Origin: Acidobacteriota bacterium
Lineage (GTDB): Bacteria > Acidobacteriota > Thermoanaerobaculia > Multivoradales > UBA5704
Length of the DNA stretch: 64,000 nucleotides
Direction: 5' to 3'
Assembly (NCBI GenBank): GCA_034666985.1
Contig: JAXDKS010000039.1
Span: forward strand, 9,087-73,086
Positions 18,729-28,252 of this stretch are shown here, in pieces (the stretch's first letter is position 1; each line of letters opens with the position of its first letter). A program made the translations under genes and the position numbers. The notes beneath the pieces were generated by a model. The model saw only the letters and a program-made list of their open reading frames with translations. It ran no database searches and was not told the origin of the DNA.

Positions 18729-19607
18729 ATGGCTCCCGAGATCTCGACCATTACCGTGCTCGGCGCCGGCACGATGGGGCGCGGCATCGCCCACGTCGCC
18801 GCCGTCGCCGGCTACCAGACCCGTCTCTATGACACCGCGGAGGGAGCCCTCCAGAATGCCCAGGGGGTCATCCGCCGCAACCTCGCCAAGGGGGTGGAGC
18901 TCAAGAAGGTCGACCCCGCCGTGGCCGAAGCCGCTCTGGGACGCCTCATCCTGTGCACCAATCTCTCGGAGGCGGTGGAGGACACCGGTCTGGTGATCGA
19001 GGCCGTGCCCGAGGACATGGCGCTCAAGATCCAGACCTTCCATGCCGTGGCCATCCACGCGCCGGACGATGCCCTGTTCGCCTCCAACACCTCGGCCCTC
19101 TCGATCACCGAGATGGCCGCCGGCTCCGGGCGCCCTGAGCGCTTCGCCGGCATGCACTTCTTCAATCCCGTGCACCAGATGAAGCTGATCGAGCTGGTGC
19201 GGGGTCTCCAGACCTCGCAGGAGACGCTGGACGCCCTGCGCAAAGTCGGCGAGCGGATGGGCAAGGAGATGGTGCTGGTCAACGAGGCCCCCGGTTTCGT
19301 CACCAGCCGCATCAACGCCCTGATCGGCAACGAGGCCTTCCGCATGCTGCAGGAGGGGGTGGCCTCCGCAGAGGACATCGACAAGGCCCTGAAGCTGGGC
19401 CTCAACCACCCCATGGGACCCTTCGAGATGGTGGACCTCGTGGGCCTCGACGTGCGCCTCTCCATCCTGGAGTTCCTCCACCGCACCCTGGGCGAGGCCT
19501 TCCGCCCCAACCAGATCCTCGTCCAGCACGTCCGCGCCGGCCGGCTGGGGAGGAAAACGGGGCGGGGGATCTACACGTACGACGAGCAGGGGAAGCGGGT
19601 CGGCTAG
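18729..19607 (+). CDS. hbd: 3-hydroxyacyl-CoA (3-hydroxybutyryl-CoA) dehydrogenase
   Basis: From ATG 18729 it has ITVLGAGTMGRGIA, SNTSALSITE, HFFNPV and GFVTSRI, followed by the C-terminal domain PMGPFEMVDLVGLDV. Confidence 0.9.
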   Translation: MAPEISTITVLGAGTMGRGIAHVAAVAGYQTRLYDTAEGALQNAQGVIRRNLAKGVELKKVDPAVAEAALGRLILCTNLSEAVEDTGLVIEAVPEDMALKIQTFHAVAIHAPDDALFASNTSALSITEMAAGSGRPERFAGMHFFNPVHQMKLIELVRGLQTSQETLDALRKVGERMGKEMVLVNEAPGFVTSRINALIGNEAFRMLQEGVASAEDIDKALKLGLNHPMGPFEMVDLVGLDVRLSILEFLHRTLGEAFRPNQILVQHVRAGRLGRKTGRGIYTYDEQGKRVG

Positions 19608-20908
19608 ACGCGGCCCGCCAGCTCCCCCACCGCCGCCTCCAGCCGCCGCGCCAGCTCGGGCAGGGCGGCCGCGTCCACCGAGCAGTGGGCGATCCTCAGG
19701 TAGCGCGGGGCGATGGAGATCAGCCCCGTGTCGTGGTGGGTCAGGAGGTGCTTGCGCACGGTCTCGGAGTCGAGGCCCAGGCTCTCGGGCAGCTCCACCA
19801 GGGCGAAGCAGCCGGAGTTGAAGGGGAGCGGCGTCAGGAGACGGCGGTCCACGGTCGCCAGAGCGCCCTTGAGCGCCTCGTAGCGTCCTTGGAGGAGCGC
19901 GCGCACGGCCTCCACCTCGGCCGCGATCCCCTCTTTGCGCAGGGCCTGGAGGAGGATCACCTGGCTGGAGGCGACCGGCGAGCCCACGGAGGAGCGCACC
20001 AGCATCTTCACCTTGCTCTCCAGGGAACGAGCCGCCTCCGACTCCGGCTCCACGGCGAAGGTGAGGAAGCCCACCCGGCCGCCGAAGAAGGAGAATTCCT
20101 TGGTGGCGCCGTCGATCTTCACCGCCACCAGGTCGGGATGCGCCCCCGCCAGGTCCCAGAACAGCGACTCCCGGGGGATCTCCGGCTCGAAGACCAGGCC
20201 GGCGTAGGCGTCGTCGCAGATCACCACCAGGGGCCGGCGCCCGGCTTCGGCGACGAGGGCCTCGACGGTCGCCCGCCGCTCCGCCCGGTCGGGCGTGTAG
20301 CCCCCGGGGTTCGAGGGGATGTTGAGAATGGCCACGGCCGGCTCGCCGGGGGGCACGCCGGCCAAGGCGTCGGGGATGGCCGCGGGGTTGTACCTCCCCT
20401 CCACGTAGGCGGGGCCGGTGAGCACCCGCGCTCCCGTGCGCACGGCGAAGGCCTGCCGGTAGTTGCCCCAGAACGGCGTGGGGATGGCCACCGCCTTGCC
20501 CTCGTCGCCGAACAGGTCGGCCAGCAGCGAGAGGGCATGGGAGAGGCCCACGGTCACCAGGGGGAGGCTCGAAGGGGTCCCGGAAGGGGCCTGCCGGCGC
20601 TGCCACTCCCGCCAGCGCCGCCGCACCTCGGGCAGCCCCTCGATGGGCGAGTAGAGGAGGGCCTGATCGAGATCCCGCCCGGGGAGATCGCCGAAGGCGG
20701 ACGCCAGGGCCGGCAGGCGGACGGCGCCGCCCCGGCCGTCGGTGATCTGACCCGTGGTCGCATTCAGTCCCGCGCCCCGGGCCTCGGCCGCCTGCGATGG
20801 GATGTCGGGAGGGAAGAACGCCCGCCGGCCCAGGGGCGAGAGCGCCCGGAACAGGGCGGGGACGTCGCGCTCGAGCGGGGTGTTGATCTCGGAGGCCGGG
20901 TCGCGCAC
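19604..20908 (-). CDS. aminotransferase class I/II-fold PLP-dependent enzyme
   Basis: 434 aa. The motifs NIPSNPGGYTP, CDDAYAGLVF and KIDGATKEFSFFGGRVGF (putative PLP lysine region) fit the class I aminotransferase layout. Confidence 0.7.
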   Translation of the reverse strand: MRDPASEINTPLERDVPALFRALSPLGRRAFFPPDIPSQAAEARGAGLNATTGQITDGRGGAVRLPALASAFGDLPGRDLDQALLYSPIEGLPEVRRRWREWQRRQAPSGTPSSLPLVTVGLSHALSLLADLFGDEGKAVAIPTPFWGNYRQAFAVRTGARVLTGPAYVEGRYNPAAIPDALAGVPPGEPAVAILNIPSNPGGYTPDRAERRATVEALVAEAGRRPLVVICDDAYAGLVFEPEIPRESLFWDLAGAHPDLVAVKIDGATKEFSFFGGRVGFLTFAVEPESEAARSLESKVKMLVRSSVGSPVASSQVILLQALRKEGIAAEVEAVRALLQGRYEALKGALATVDRRLLTPLPFNSGCFALVELPESLGLDSETVRKHLLTHHDTGLISIAPRYLRIAHCSVDAAALPELARRLEAAVGELAGRV

Positions 20909-21004
20909 GGGGGTGGATTATAGGGTGGGGGTGCCGAAGTTGTCCCGTTTTGCTCTTCCAGCCCCTCTCTTATAAGTTGACGGCCTTTCGAGGACTCATA
21001 GCCG

Positions 21005-22933
21005 ATGACGAAATGCCCGATCCGTCCGATTCCGATGGTCCTCTCGCTGGCCCTCTCCGCCGCCAGCCTGCATGGAGCCGAGATGCCCGAACCGATCTCC
21101 TACACCCTGCGCTTCCCCGCCCCCCAGACCCACTACGTCGAGGTGGAGGCCCGGATTCCCACCGACGGCCAGCCGGCGATCGAGCTGCTGATGGCCGTCT
21201 GGACCCCGGGCTCCTACCTCATCCGCGAGTACGCCCGCAACGTGGAATCCCTGGCGGCGGCGGCGGAGTCGGGCGAGCCCCTCGCCGCGGAGAAGACCAG
21301 CAAGAATCACTGGCGGATCGAGACCCGCGGCGCGCCTCGGTTGGTGGTGCGCTACCGGATCTACAGCCGGGAGATGTCGGTGCGGACCAACTTCGTGGAC
21401 TCGCGGTTCGCGCTGGTCAACGGCGCCTCCACCTTCCTCACCCGCGCCGGGGCCGAGGGCCGGCCGCACGACGTGCGGGTAGTGCCGCCGCCGGACTGGG
21501 AGGTGGTGGCGACCCCGCTGTCCCCCATTCCCGGCAATCCGGTCGGCGGCGGGCACACCTTCCGCGCCGCGAGCTTCGACGTGCTGGTGGATTCCCCCAT
21601 CTACCTCGGCAACGCCGGAGTCCACCCCTTCGAGGCCGGCGGCCGGCCCGTGCTGCTGGTCAACGAGGGGGAGGACGCCGCCGTCTGGGACGGCCCTCGC
21701 TCGGCCGCGGACGCGAAGAAGATCGTCGACGAGCAGATCGCCTTCTGGGGGATCGCCCCCTTCCAGCGCTACGTCTTCTTCAATCTCCTCACCGAGGCCG
21801 GCGGCGGGCTGGAGCACCGGGACGCCTGCGTGCTGATGAGCAGCCGCTGGCGCCTGCGCACCCGTGAGGGCTATCTCGACTGGCTGGGCCTCGTCAGCCA
21901 CGAGCTGTTCCACGCCTGGAACGGCAAGCGGCTGCGCCCGGTCGAGCTCGGGCCGTTCGACTTCGAGGCCGAGAACTACACCCGCTCCCTGTGGGAGGTG
22001 GAGGGGTTCACCACCTACTACGGCGACCTGCTGGTCCACCGTGCCGGCTTCTCCACCCGCAAGGAGTATCTGAAGGAGCTGAGCAAGACCATCGAGGGCC
22101 TGCAGACCACGCCGGCCCGCAAGGTCCAGCCGCTGGACGAAGCCTCCTTCGACGCCTGGATCAAGTACTACCGCCGGGACGAGAACGCGGCCAACAGCGC
22201 CACCAGCTATTACACCAAGGGCGCCGTCGTGGCTTTCCTCCTCGACGCCCGGATCCGCCACGCCACCGGCGGGCGCAAGAGCCTGGACGACGCCCTGCGC
22301 CTCGCCTATCAGCGCTACTCGGGCGAGCGGGGCTATCGTCCGGAGGAGCTGCGCCACGTTTTCGAGGAGGTGGCCGGGGCCGATCTCGGAGCCTGGCTCG
22401 CCCGGGCCGTGGATTCGACCGAGGAGCTGGACTACGCCGAGGCCCTGGACTGGTACGGCCTGCGCTTCGCCGAGAGCGAGGAAGAGAAATCGGAGAAGAA
22501 GGAAGGCGAGCCCGGCGAGCTCCCCGCCGCTTGGCTGGGAGCGGAGACCGAGGTGCAGAACGGCCGGCTGGTGGTCACGGTGGTGAAGCGGGAGACGCCC
22601 GCCTACGAGTCCGGGCTCAACGTCGGCGACGAGATCCTCGCCATCGGCGACTACCGCGTGCCGCCGGACGGTCTGGAGGCCCGCCTCAAGAATTACCGGC
22701 CCAAGGAGAAGACGACGCTGCTGGTGGCCCGGCGCGACCGCCTGACCTGGCTTCCCGTCACCTTCGGCGAGAAGCCCAAACCGCGCTGGAAGCTGGAGCC
22801 CCTGCCCAATGCCACGGCGGAGCAGAAGGCGCATCTGGACGCCTGGCTGGGAGTTCCTCAGGGGGCAAACGCCCACGTCTTCACCTCCCACGTCCCGCCC
22901 TCGACCCCCTCAATCGCCAAGGCACCGATGTAG
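21005..22933 (+). CDS. M61 family glycyl aminopeptidase with C-terminal PDZ domain
   Basis: 642 aa with a signal peptide, the zinc motif SHELFHAWNGKRLRP and a C-terminal PDZ-like segment (GLNVGDEILAIGDYRV). Confidence 0.8.
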   Translation: MTKCPIRPIPMVLSLALSAASLHGAEMPEPISYTLRFPAPQTHYVEVEARIPTDGQPAIELLMAVWTPGSYLIREYARNVESLAAAAESGEPLAAEKTSKNHWRIETRGAPRLVVRYRIYSREMSVRTNFVDSRFALVNGASTFLTRAGAEGRPHDVRVVPPPDWEVVATPLSPIPGNPVGGGHTFRAASFDVLVDSPIYLGNAGVHPFEAGGRPVLLVNEGEDAAVWDGPRSAADAKKIVDEQIAFWGIAPFQRYVFFNLLTEAGGGLEHRDACVLMSSRWRLRTREGYLDWLGLVSHELFHAWNGKRLRPVELGPFDFEAENYTRSLWEVEGFTTYYGDLLVHRAGFSTRKEYLKELSKTIEGLQTTPARKVQPLDEASFDAWIKYYRRDENAANSATSYYTKGAVVAFLLDARIRHATGGRKSLDDALRLAYQRYSGERGYRPEELRHVFEEVAGADLGAWLARAVDSTEELDYAEALDWYGLRFAESEEEKSEKKEGEPGELPAAWLGAETEVQNGRLVVTVVKRETPAYESGLNVGDEILAIGDYRVPPDGLEARLKNYRPKEKTTLLVARRDRLTWLPVTFGEKPKPRWKLEPLPNATAEQKAHLDAWLGVPQGANAHVFTSHVPPSTPSIAKAPM

Positions 22934-23610
22934 CTCTCGGCGGGACGGAGGTGGTGGAAGAACCACTTCGCGGCCTGATCGGCATCCCCCTTCAGGGTGA
23001 GCATGCGGGGTGGCTCGTCGAGGGCGAGGGTGACGTCGAAGGAGTCGAGGGGCGCCGCGAGGCCTTCGCCCACGGCCTTGAGGTAGGCCTCTTTGCGGGT
23101 CCAGCAGTTGAAGAAGGCCTCCTGCTTAATCGGGAACGGGATGGTCCGCAGCACCTTTCGCTCGCTCTCGGAGAAGAAGCGCTCGGCGATCTCCTCACAG
23201 TCGTTCATCTGGCGCAGGAGCTCCACGTCCACCCCGAGCTCGCGGCCGAGGACGAAGCCCGCCAGCGCCAGCTCGTCGGAGTTCGAGAGGTTGAACTGCA
23301 GGCCGCGGCTGTCGAGGGGAGGCGCCAGGAACGGCTTGCCCCGGGGCCCGTAGGCGAAGCGCACGGCCTCGGGGCGAAGCCCCAGGTAGGCGGCGAGGAG
23401 CGTGCGCAGAGCGCCGCGGCCCACCACGTACTGCCGGCGGTGCTTGTCGAAGCGGAAGCGGCGGGCCCGCTCCCACTCGTCCTCGGAGAGGACACGGCCC
23501 AGGTCTTCCACCCGCTCGGTGGGCGGGTCGAGCCGCACCGACCAGAGGTGGATCTCGCCGGGTCCCAGCTCCGGAGGAGGAACAGGGGAGCGCGGAGGGA
23601 AGCCGGTCAC
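22858..23610 (-). CDS. 4'-phosphopantetheinyl transferase, Sfp type
   Basis: 250 aa. The motifs GPRGKPFL, FNLSNSDELA, GVDVE and WTRKEAYLKAVG are the Sfp-type PPTase motifs. The GTG start overlaps the thioesterase stop (GTGA). Confidence 0.85.
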   Translation of the reverse strand: MTGFPPRSPVPPPELGPGEIHLWSVRLDPPTERVEDLGRVLSEDEWERARRFRFDKHRRQYVVGRGALRTLLAAYLGLRPEAVRFAYGPRGKPFLAPPLDSRGLQFNLSNSDELALAGFVLGRELGVDVELLRQMNDCEEIAERFFSESERKVLRTIPFPIKQEAFFNCWTRKEAYLKAVGEGLAAPLDSFDVTLALDEPPRMLTLKGDADQAAKWFFHHLRPAESYIGALAIEGVEGGTWEVKTWAFAP

Positions 23611-24401
23611 CGCTTGCCGGGGTCGCCGGAGAGAACCGTGGCGGAGACCTCCGCCAGATCCCGCGCCACGGACTCGAGGATCAGGTCCTTGGCGCTGTGG
23701 ACGAAGAAGTGGTCGCCCGGCAGCATGCGCATCCGGAACCGGCCGCGGGTGTGCTGCCGCCAGCCCTCCACGTCCTCGCGCGTGACCTCCTCGTCGCCGA
23801 GGCCGCCGAAGGCCGAGATGGCGAAGTCGAACGGCTCCTCCTCGGTGAAGACGTAGGTCTCGTTGACGGCGAAGTCGGCGCGCAGGATGGGCATCAGCAG
23901 CTTCATCAGCTCGCCGTGCTGGAGCACCTCCTCCGGCGTGCCGTTGAGCTCCCGGAGCTTGGCGATGAACTCCGGCTCGGGCAGATCGTGGATCGATTCC
24001 TCCCGCGCCGGCACATGGGGCGCCCGGCGGCCGGAGACGAAGAGGGCGAGCGGCAGCTTCCGCCCCCGCCGGCGCAGCTCCCGCGCCAGCTCGAAGCTGA
24101 TCAGCCCGCCCATGCTGTGCCCGAAGAACACGAAGGGCAGGTCCATGTAGGGCTGCAGCACGTCGGCGAGGGTCTCGATCATCGGCTCGGGACGGCTGAA
24201 CGGCTGGTCACGCAGCCGGCTCTCCCGGCCTGGGAGCTGGACGGGGCAGACCTCGACGTCCGCCGGCAGCAGGGACGCCCAGCCGCGATAGACCGAGGCG
24301 CCGCCGCCCGCATAGGGGAAGCAGAACATGCGCACCCGCGCACGAGGATTGACCTCGCGGTAGGCGAGCCACCGCTCCGAAGGTTGACCGCTGGGTTTCA
24401 C
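23607..24401 (-). CDS. type II thioesterase (NRPS/PKS editing thioesterase)
   Basis: 264 aa with LFCFPYAGGGASVY-type N-terminus (MFCFPYAGGGASVYRGW), the nucleophile elbow GHSMGG and the C-terminal GDHFF. Confidence 0.85.
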   Translation of the reverse strand: MKPSGQPSERWLAYREVNPRARVRMFCFPYAGGGASVYRGWASLLPADVEVCPVQLPGRESRLRDQPFSRPEPMIETLADVLQPYMDLPFVFFGHSMGGLISFELARELRRRGRKLPLALFVSGRRAPHVPAREESIHDLPEPEFIAKLRELNGTPEEVLQHGELMKLLMPILRADFAVNETYVFTEEEPFDFAISAFGGLGDEEVTREDVEGWRQHTRGRFRMRMLPGDHFFVHSAKDLILESVARDLAEVSATVLSGDPGKR

Positions 24402-24426
24402 GATATGGGTCTGAAAGCGCGGCGGA

Positions 24427-24672
24427 CTAGTTGGTCCCCTGCTCCGCCTGCCGTTCGCGCTCCATCTCTTCCATCTTCTTGCGCAGGGAGAGCGGGCGCA
24501 TGTCCGTCCAGACCTCCTTGATGTAGGCGAGGCACTCGTCCTTGGGGCCGCTCTTGCCGACGTCGGTCCAGCCGAGGGGGTTCTCGCGGTGGGCGGGCCA
24601 GATCGAGTACTGCTCTTCGTGATTCATCACCACTTTGTAGATCGTGGTGTCTTCTCTGTCTTCCCAACTCAT
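24427..24672 (-). CDS. MbtH-like protein
   Basis: 81 aa. It contains [19 protein letters not shown] (the MbtH signature N-x-E-x-Q-x-S-x-W-P...P-x-G-W). GAAGGAGA lies 7 nt upstream of the ATG. Confidence 0.9.
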   Translation of the reverse strand: MSWEDREDTTIYKVVMNHEEQYSIWPAHRENPLGWTDVGKSGPKDECLAYIKEVWTDMRPLSLRKKMEEMERERQAEQGTN

Positions 24673-24817
24673 CGCTTCATCTCCTTCTGATGTTCATCGA
24701 CCGGCGGGTCGGACGGCACCCGGACGGGCGGAGAGGTTCTCCTCCTTTAGTGCCGGGAAATCCAAATGCGGGACAGGTCACCCGGAACCAGGCCGGCGAT
24801 GGGAGAGCTTACCAGCT

Positions 24818-26257
24818 TCAGGGACGGGACCCAAGCCGCTGCCGCGCCCGCCCCAGGGAGGCGACCAGTGCCTCGACGTCCCCGGGCCCCGTCCGGTAGT
24901 TGGTGATGCAGGCCCGCAGGGCGGGGCCGACCTCGCCCAGCACCACGGTGCTGATCCAGGCCTCGCCGGAGCCGACCACGTCCACGGCCACGCTCTCGAC
25001 GAAGGCCGCGGCCCGCCCCTCCCCCTGCGAGTCGACGAAGCAGACCACGGGCAGCGGCGTGTCGTTGACCACCACCCAGCCCTCTTCCTGGAGCCGCCTC
25101 CGCAGCAGGTCGCCCATCGCCGTCTGATGGCGGATCGCCTCCGCGTATCCCTCCCAGCCGGCCACGGCCAGCGACAGGAAGACCTTGAGGCCGATGAAGC
25201 GGCGCGACCACTGCATGGAGTGGGCGTAGGGGTCCGCCACCCCGAGGGTCGCGGCCTCGCGGGGCATGTAGCGGGCCGACACCCGGAAGGTGCGCTCCAG
25301 GATCCCCGCGTGGCGGGTCAGGAACATGCCCGCTCCCATGGGTACGGAGAGCCACTTGTGGGCGTCGAAGGTGATGGAGCTGGCGCGGGAGATCCCCGCG
25401 ATCACCCCCCTGAGCTCCGGCGCCAGGGCCGCCGCTCCGCCCCAGGCCGCGTCGGCGTGGAGCCAGACCCCCTCCTCGTCCGCCACCTGGGCCAGGTCGG
25501 CGATGGGATCGACCACTCCGGCGCTGGTCGAGCCCAGGGTGGCCACCACCAGGAAGGGCGCGAGCCCCTCCTCCCGGTCCTCCCGGATGCGGGCCCGGAG
25601 ATCCTCGGGGATCATGCGCAGGCCGGAGTCCACCCGCACTTCGCGCACCGCCTCGGTGCCGAGCCCCGAGAGGCGCGCCGCCTTGAGGAAAGAGTGGTGG
25701 GCCTCCGGCGAGACGTAGAGGATGGGCTGGCTGCGCAGGGCCAGCAGCCCCCGGCGGCCGGTCTCGGGGAAGGCGCGGGTGAGGGCGGTCGCCAGCGCCG
25801 TGTGGTTGGCCTCGGCGCCGCCCGAGGTGAAGGTGCCCTCGGTGCGGGCCGGGTCGAAGCCGAAGCGGCCCGCGAAGGCCCGCACCAGGTGCTGCTCCAC
25901 CTCCGCCGCCAGGGGGCTGTGGCTCCAGGCCGCGAGCTGCGGGTTGAAGGCTGCCACCAGCGCGTCGGCGGCGATGCCCATCGGCGTGGTGGCGGGGTTG
26001 AACAGCCCGAAATAGCGCGGATGCGGGGTGTGCACCTGCCAGCGCCAGAGGCTGTCCACGGCGAAGTCCAGCGCCGCGACCGGCGCGACCGGCTGCTCGA
26101 AGTCGAAGGGCGCCAGAGCCTCCCGGATAGCGGCGATGGCTGAGGTATCCAGCTCCGGCGTCACCCTGGCATCGCCGACCCCCGTCAGATAGCTCTCGAT
26201 GGCCGCGATCAGGCGATCCCAGAGCGCGCGCCGAGTCTCGGCATCCTGCATCAGCAT
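24818..26257 (-). CDS. group II pyridoxal-dependent decarboxylase
   Basis: 479 aa with GTFTSGGAEANHTA and the PLP-lysine context SITFDAHKWLSVPMGAG. The substrate cannot be determined from the sequence. Confidence 0.75.
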   Translation of the reverse strand: MLMQDAETRRALWDRLIAAIESYLTGVGDARVTPELDTSAIAAIREALAPFDFEQPVAPVAALDFAVDSLWRWQVHTPHPRYFGLFNPATTPMGIAADALVAAFNPQLAAWSHSPLAAEVEQHLVRAFAGRFGFDPARTEGTFTSGGAEANHTALATALTRAFPETGRRGLLALRSQPILYVSPEAHHSFLKAARLSGLGTEAVREVRVDSGLRMIPEDLRARIREDREEGLAPFLVVATLGSTSAGVVDPIADLAQVADEEGVWLHADAAWGGAAALAPELRGVIAGISRASSITFDAHKWLSVPMGAGMFLTRHAGILERTFRVSARYMPREAATLGVADPYAHSMQWSRRFIGLKVFLSLAVAGWEGYAEAIRHQTAMGDLLRRRLQEEGWVVVNDTPLPVVCFVDSQGEGRAAAFVESVAVDVVGSGEAWISTVVLGEVGPALRACITNYRTGPGDVEALVASLGRARQRLGSRP

Positions 26258-26280
26258 CGTCGTCCTTCCTTTCCCCCGCT

Positions 26281-27375
26281 TCAGCGGCCGCGCCAGATCT
26301 TCCAGCGGTCCACGACCTCCTCGCCGCGGACCACCACGTACTCGTCGAACTGCGCCGCCGTCAGGCAGGAGTGATTGGGGAGGATGCGCACCCGCGACCC
26401 CACGGACCGCGGCGCGGAGAGGATCCCATGCTCCTGGGAGAGCCCCACCAGCCGGGCCTCTTCCTCCAGGACGCCCGCCCCGTAGTCCGCGTAGACCTCC
26501 CCCATCGTGGGATGCTCCGGGCGCTCCGGTCCGGGGTCCTTGGACAGGGCCAGGGCGCCGGCGTCCACCACCGAGCGGCCGTCACCCGGCCGGTGGGAGA
26601 CGACGCTCGCCAGCACCGTGACCGAGCAGTCCCGCACTCCGCAGGTGCCGAGGGACACCTGGGCAAAGTCGTGAAAGCAGTAGTTGCCGGGCCGCGCCTC
26701 GGTGACCCCGTCCAGCCGCTCGACCACCGACAGGGCCGGGGTGGAGCCCACGCTCACCCCGGGCACCTCGATTCCCTCCCGCCGCAGCCGATCCGCGAAA
26801 CCGGCCATCACGCTGCGCTCCTCCTCGGCCGCCACGGCCACCTCGGCCCGGGTGGGCCCGTGGTAGGCGTGGCCCGAGTGGGTGAGGATGCCGTCGAAGC
26901 GGAGCGACGGCGACCCGGCGATCCGCCTCGCCAGCTCCAGGGCGGCCGGCGACTCCGGATCAACCCCGGCCCGGTGGTAGCCGCAGTCCACCTTGAGCCA
27001 GACGTGGAGGGTCCGTCCCAATCCCTCCAGGGCGGATACCGCCTCGGGCGAGTCCACCACCAGCCGCAGGGTGACCCGGTCCGCCAACTCCCGCACCTCG
27101 TCCAGCCGGGTGAGGATCACCGGAAAGGCCCAGGTGAGGTCGTCGAAGCCGTGGTCGGCGAAGACCCGGGCCTCGTAGAGGGTGGAGACGGTGAGACCGC
27201 GGCCCCCCAGGGCCCGCTGGCGCTCGGCCACCTCGACGCACTTGTGGGTCTTGACGTGGGGGCGCAGCGCGACGCCCAGGGCCGCGGTCCGCTCCGCCAT
27301 GCGGCGCAGGTTCGCCTCCAGGACGTCGAGGTCCAGCAACAGCGCGGGGGTGGGCAGGTCGTGGATGGTTTTCAT
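26281..27375 (-). CDS. D-TA/DSD1 family PLP enzyme (alanine racemase N-terminal fold; D-threonine aldolase / D-serine dehydratase-like)
   Basis: 364 aa. The N-terminus LPTPALLLDLDVLEANLRRMAE...LRPHVKTHKC carries the PLP lysine context of this family. Confidence 0.7.
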   Translation of the reverse strand: MKTIHDLPTPALLLDLDVLEANLRRMAERTAALGVALRPHVKTHKCVEVAERQRALGGRGLTVSTLYEARVFADHGFDDLTWAFPVILTRLDEVRELADRVTLRLVVDSPEAVSALEGLGRTLHVWLKVDCGYHRAGVDPESPAALELARRIAGSPSLRFDGILTHSGHAYHGPTRAEVAVAAEEERSVMAGFADRLRREGIEVPGVSVGSTPALSVVERLDGVTEARPGNYCFHDFAQVSLGTCGVRDCSVTVLASVVSHRPGDGRSVVDAGALALSKDPGPERPEHPTMGEVYADYGAGVLEEEARLVGLSQEHGILSAPRSVGSRVRILPNHSCLTAAQFDEYVVVRGEEVVDRWKIWRGR

Positions 27376-27424
27376 CGGAGCGCCAGATCATAGAGTCTCA
27401 GAGACTCCGCTACAATGCCGGCCC

Positions 27425-27805
27425 ATGGCCAAGACCTCCCTCCCGGCAGGCCGGCTCGCCCCGTGCCCGCGCACTCCCAACTGCGTCTCCACCCAGGCGC
27501 CCGAGAGGTCGTCGAAGCGCATGGACCCTCTCCCCTACTCCGGCTCACAGGACCAGGCCCGCGCCAAGCTCGTGGAGGTCTTGCGAAAATATCCCAGGAC
27601 CCGGCTCGTCCGCGAGGAGCCGGGCTACCTCAAGGCTGAGTGCCGCTCGGCGTTCTTCCGTTTCGTGGACGACGTCGAGTTCGTCTTCGACGACACGGCG
27701 AAGCGGATCCACTTCCGTTCGGCCTCGCGTCTGGGGCGCAAGGACTTCGGGGTCAACCGCCAGCGGATGGAGGAGATCTCCGCTGCCTTCCTGGCCGCCC
27801 GTTGA
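27425..27805 (+). CDS. DUF1499 family protein
   Basis: From ATG 27425 the 126-aa product has LAPCPRTPNCVST followed by FVDDVEF, typical of DUF1499. Confidence 0.7.
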   Translation: MAKTSLPAGRLAPCPRTPNCVSTQAPERSSKRMDPLPYSGSQDQARAKLVEVLRKYPRTRLVREEPGYLKAECRSAFFRFVDDVEFVFDDTAKRIHFRSASRLGRKDFGVNRQRMEEISAAFLAAR

Positions 27806-28251
27806 GGATCTACGAGCTGCGGACCCGTCTCCGCCTGCCCCGTCCCCGCCCCGAGGTCTTCGCCTTCTTCGCGGACGCCGGCAACCTCGACGCCCTGACC
27901 CCTCCCTGGCTCCACTTCCGCATCCATAGCCCCCTTCCTTTAGATATGCGCGCGGGGGCGCGGCTGGATTACCGTCTCCGCCTCCACGGCGTCCCCATCC
28001 GCTGGCGGACCGAGATCACCACCTGGGATCCACCCCGCCGCTTCGTGGACGAGCAGCTCCGGGGTCCCTACCGTCTCTGGGTCCACGAGCACACCTTCGA
28101 GGAGGACGGCCCCGGGGCCACGATCGTGGGAGACCACGTCCGCTACGCCGTCCCCTTCGGCGCGCTGGCCCACTGGCTGCTGGTGGATCGGGACGTGAAG
28201 GCGATCTTCCGGTATCGGGAGGAAAGGCTCCGGGAGATCTTCGGGGCCTGA
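27802..28251 (+). CDS. SRPBCC (cyclase/dehydrase-like) family protein
   Basis: The TTG 27802 start overlaps the DUF1499 stop (TTGA). The product is about 149 aa with FVDEQLRGPYRLWVHEHTFEE. The start is uncertain. Confidence 0.65.
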   Translation: MRIYELRTRLRLPRPRPEVFAFFADAGNLDALTPPWLHFRIHSPLPLDMRAGARLDYRLRLHGVPIRWRTEITTWDPPRRFVDEQLRGPYRLWVHEHTFEEDGPGATIVGDHVRYAVPFGALAHWLLVDRDVKAIFRYREERLREIFGA

Positions 28252-28252
28252 G

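Noticed and set aside
22858-27375. Presence of an NRPS/PKS megasynthase near the MbtH/TEII/PPTase genes
   Set aside because: I looked through all long ORFs on both strands for adenylation, condensation, carrier or ketosynthase-type motifs. Only a FabH-like KAS III at 14396..15466 exists, in an unrelated operon.
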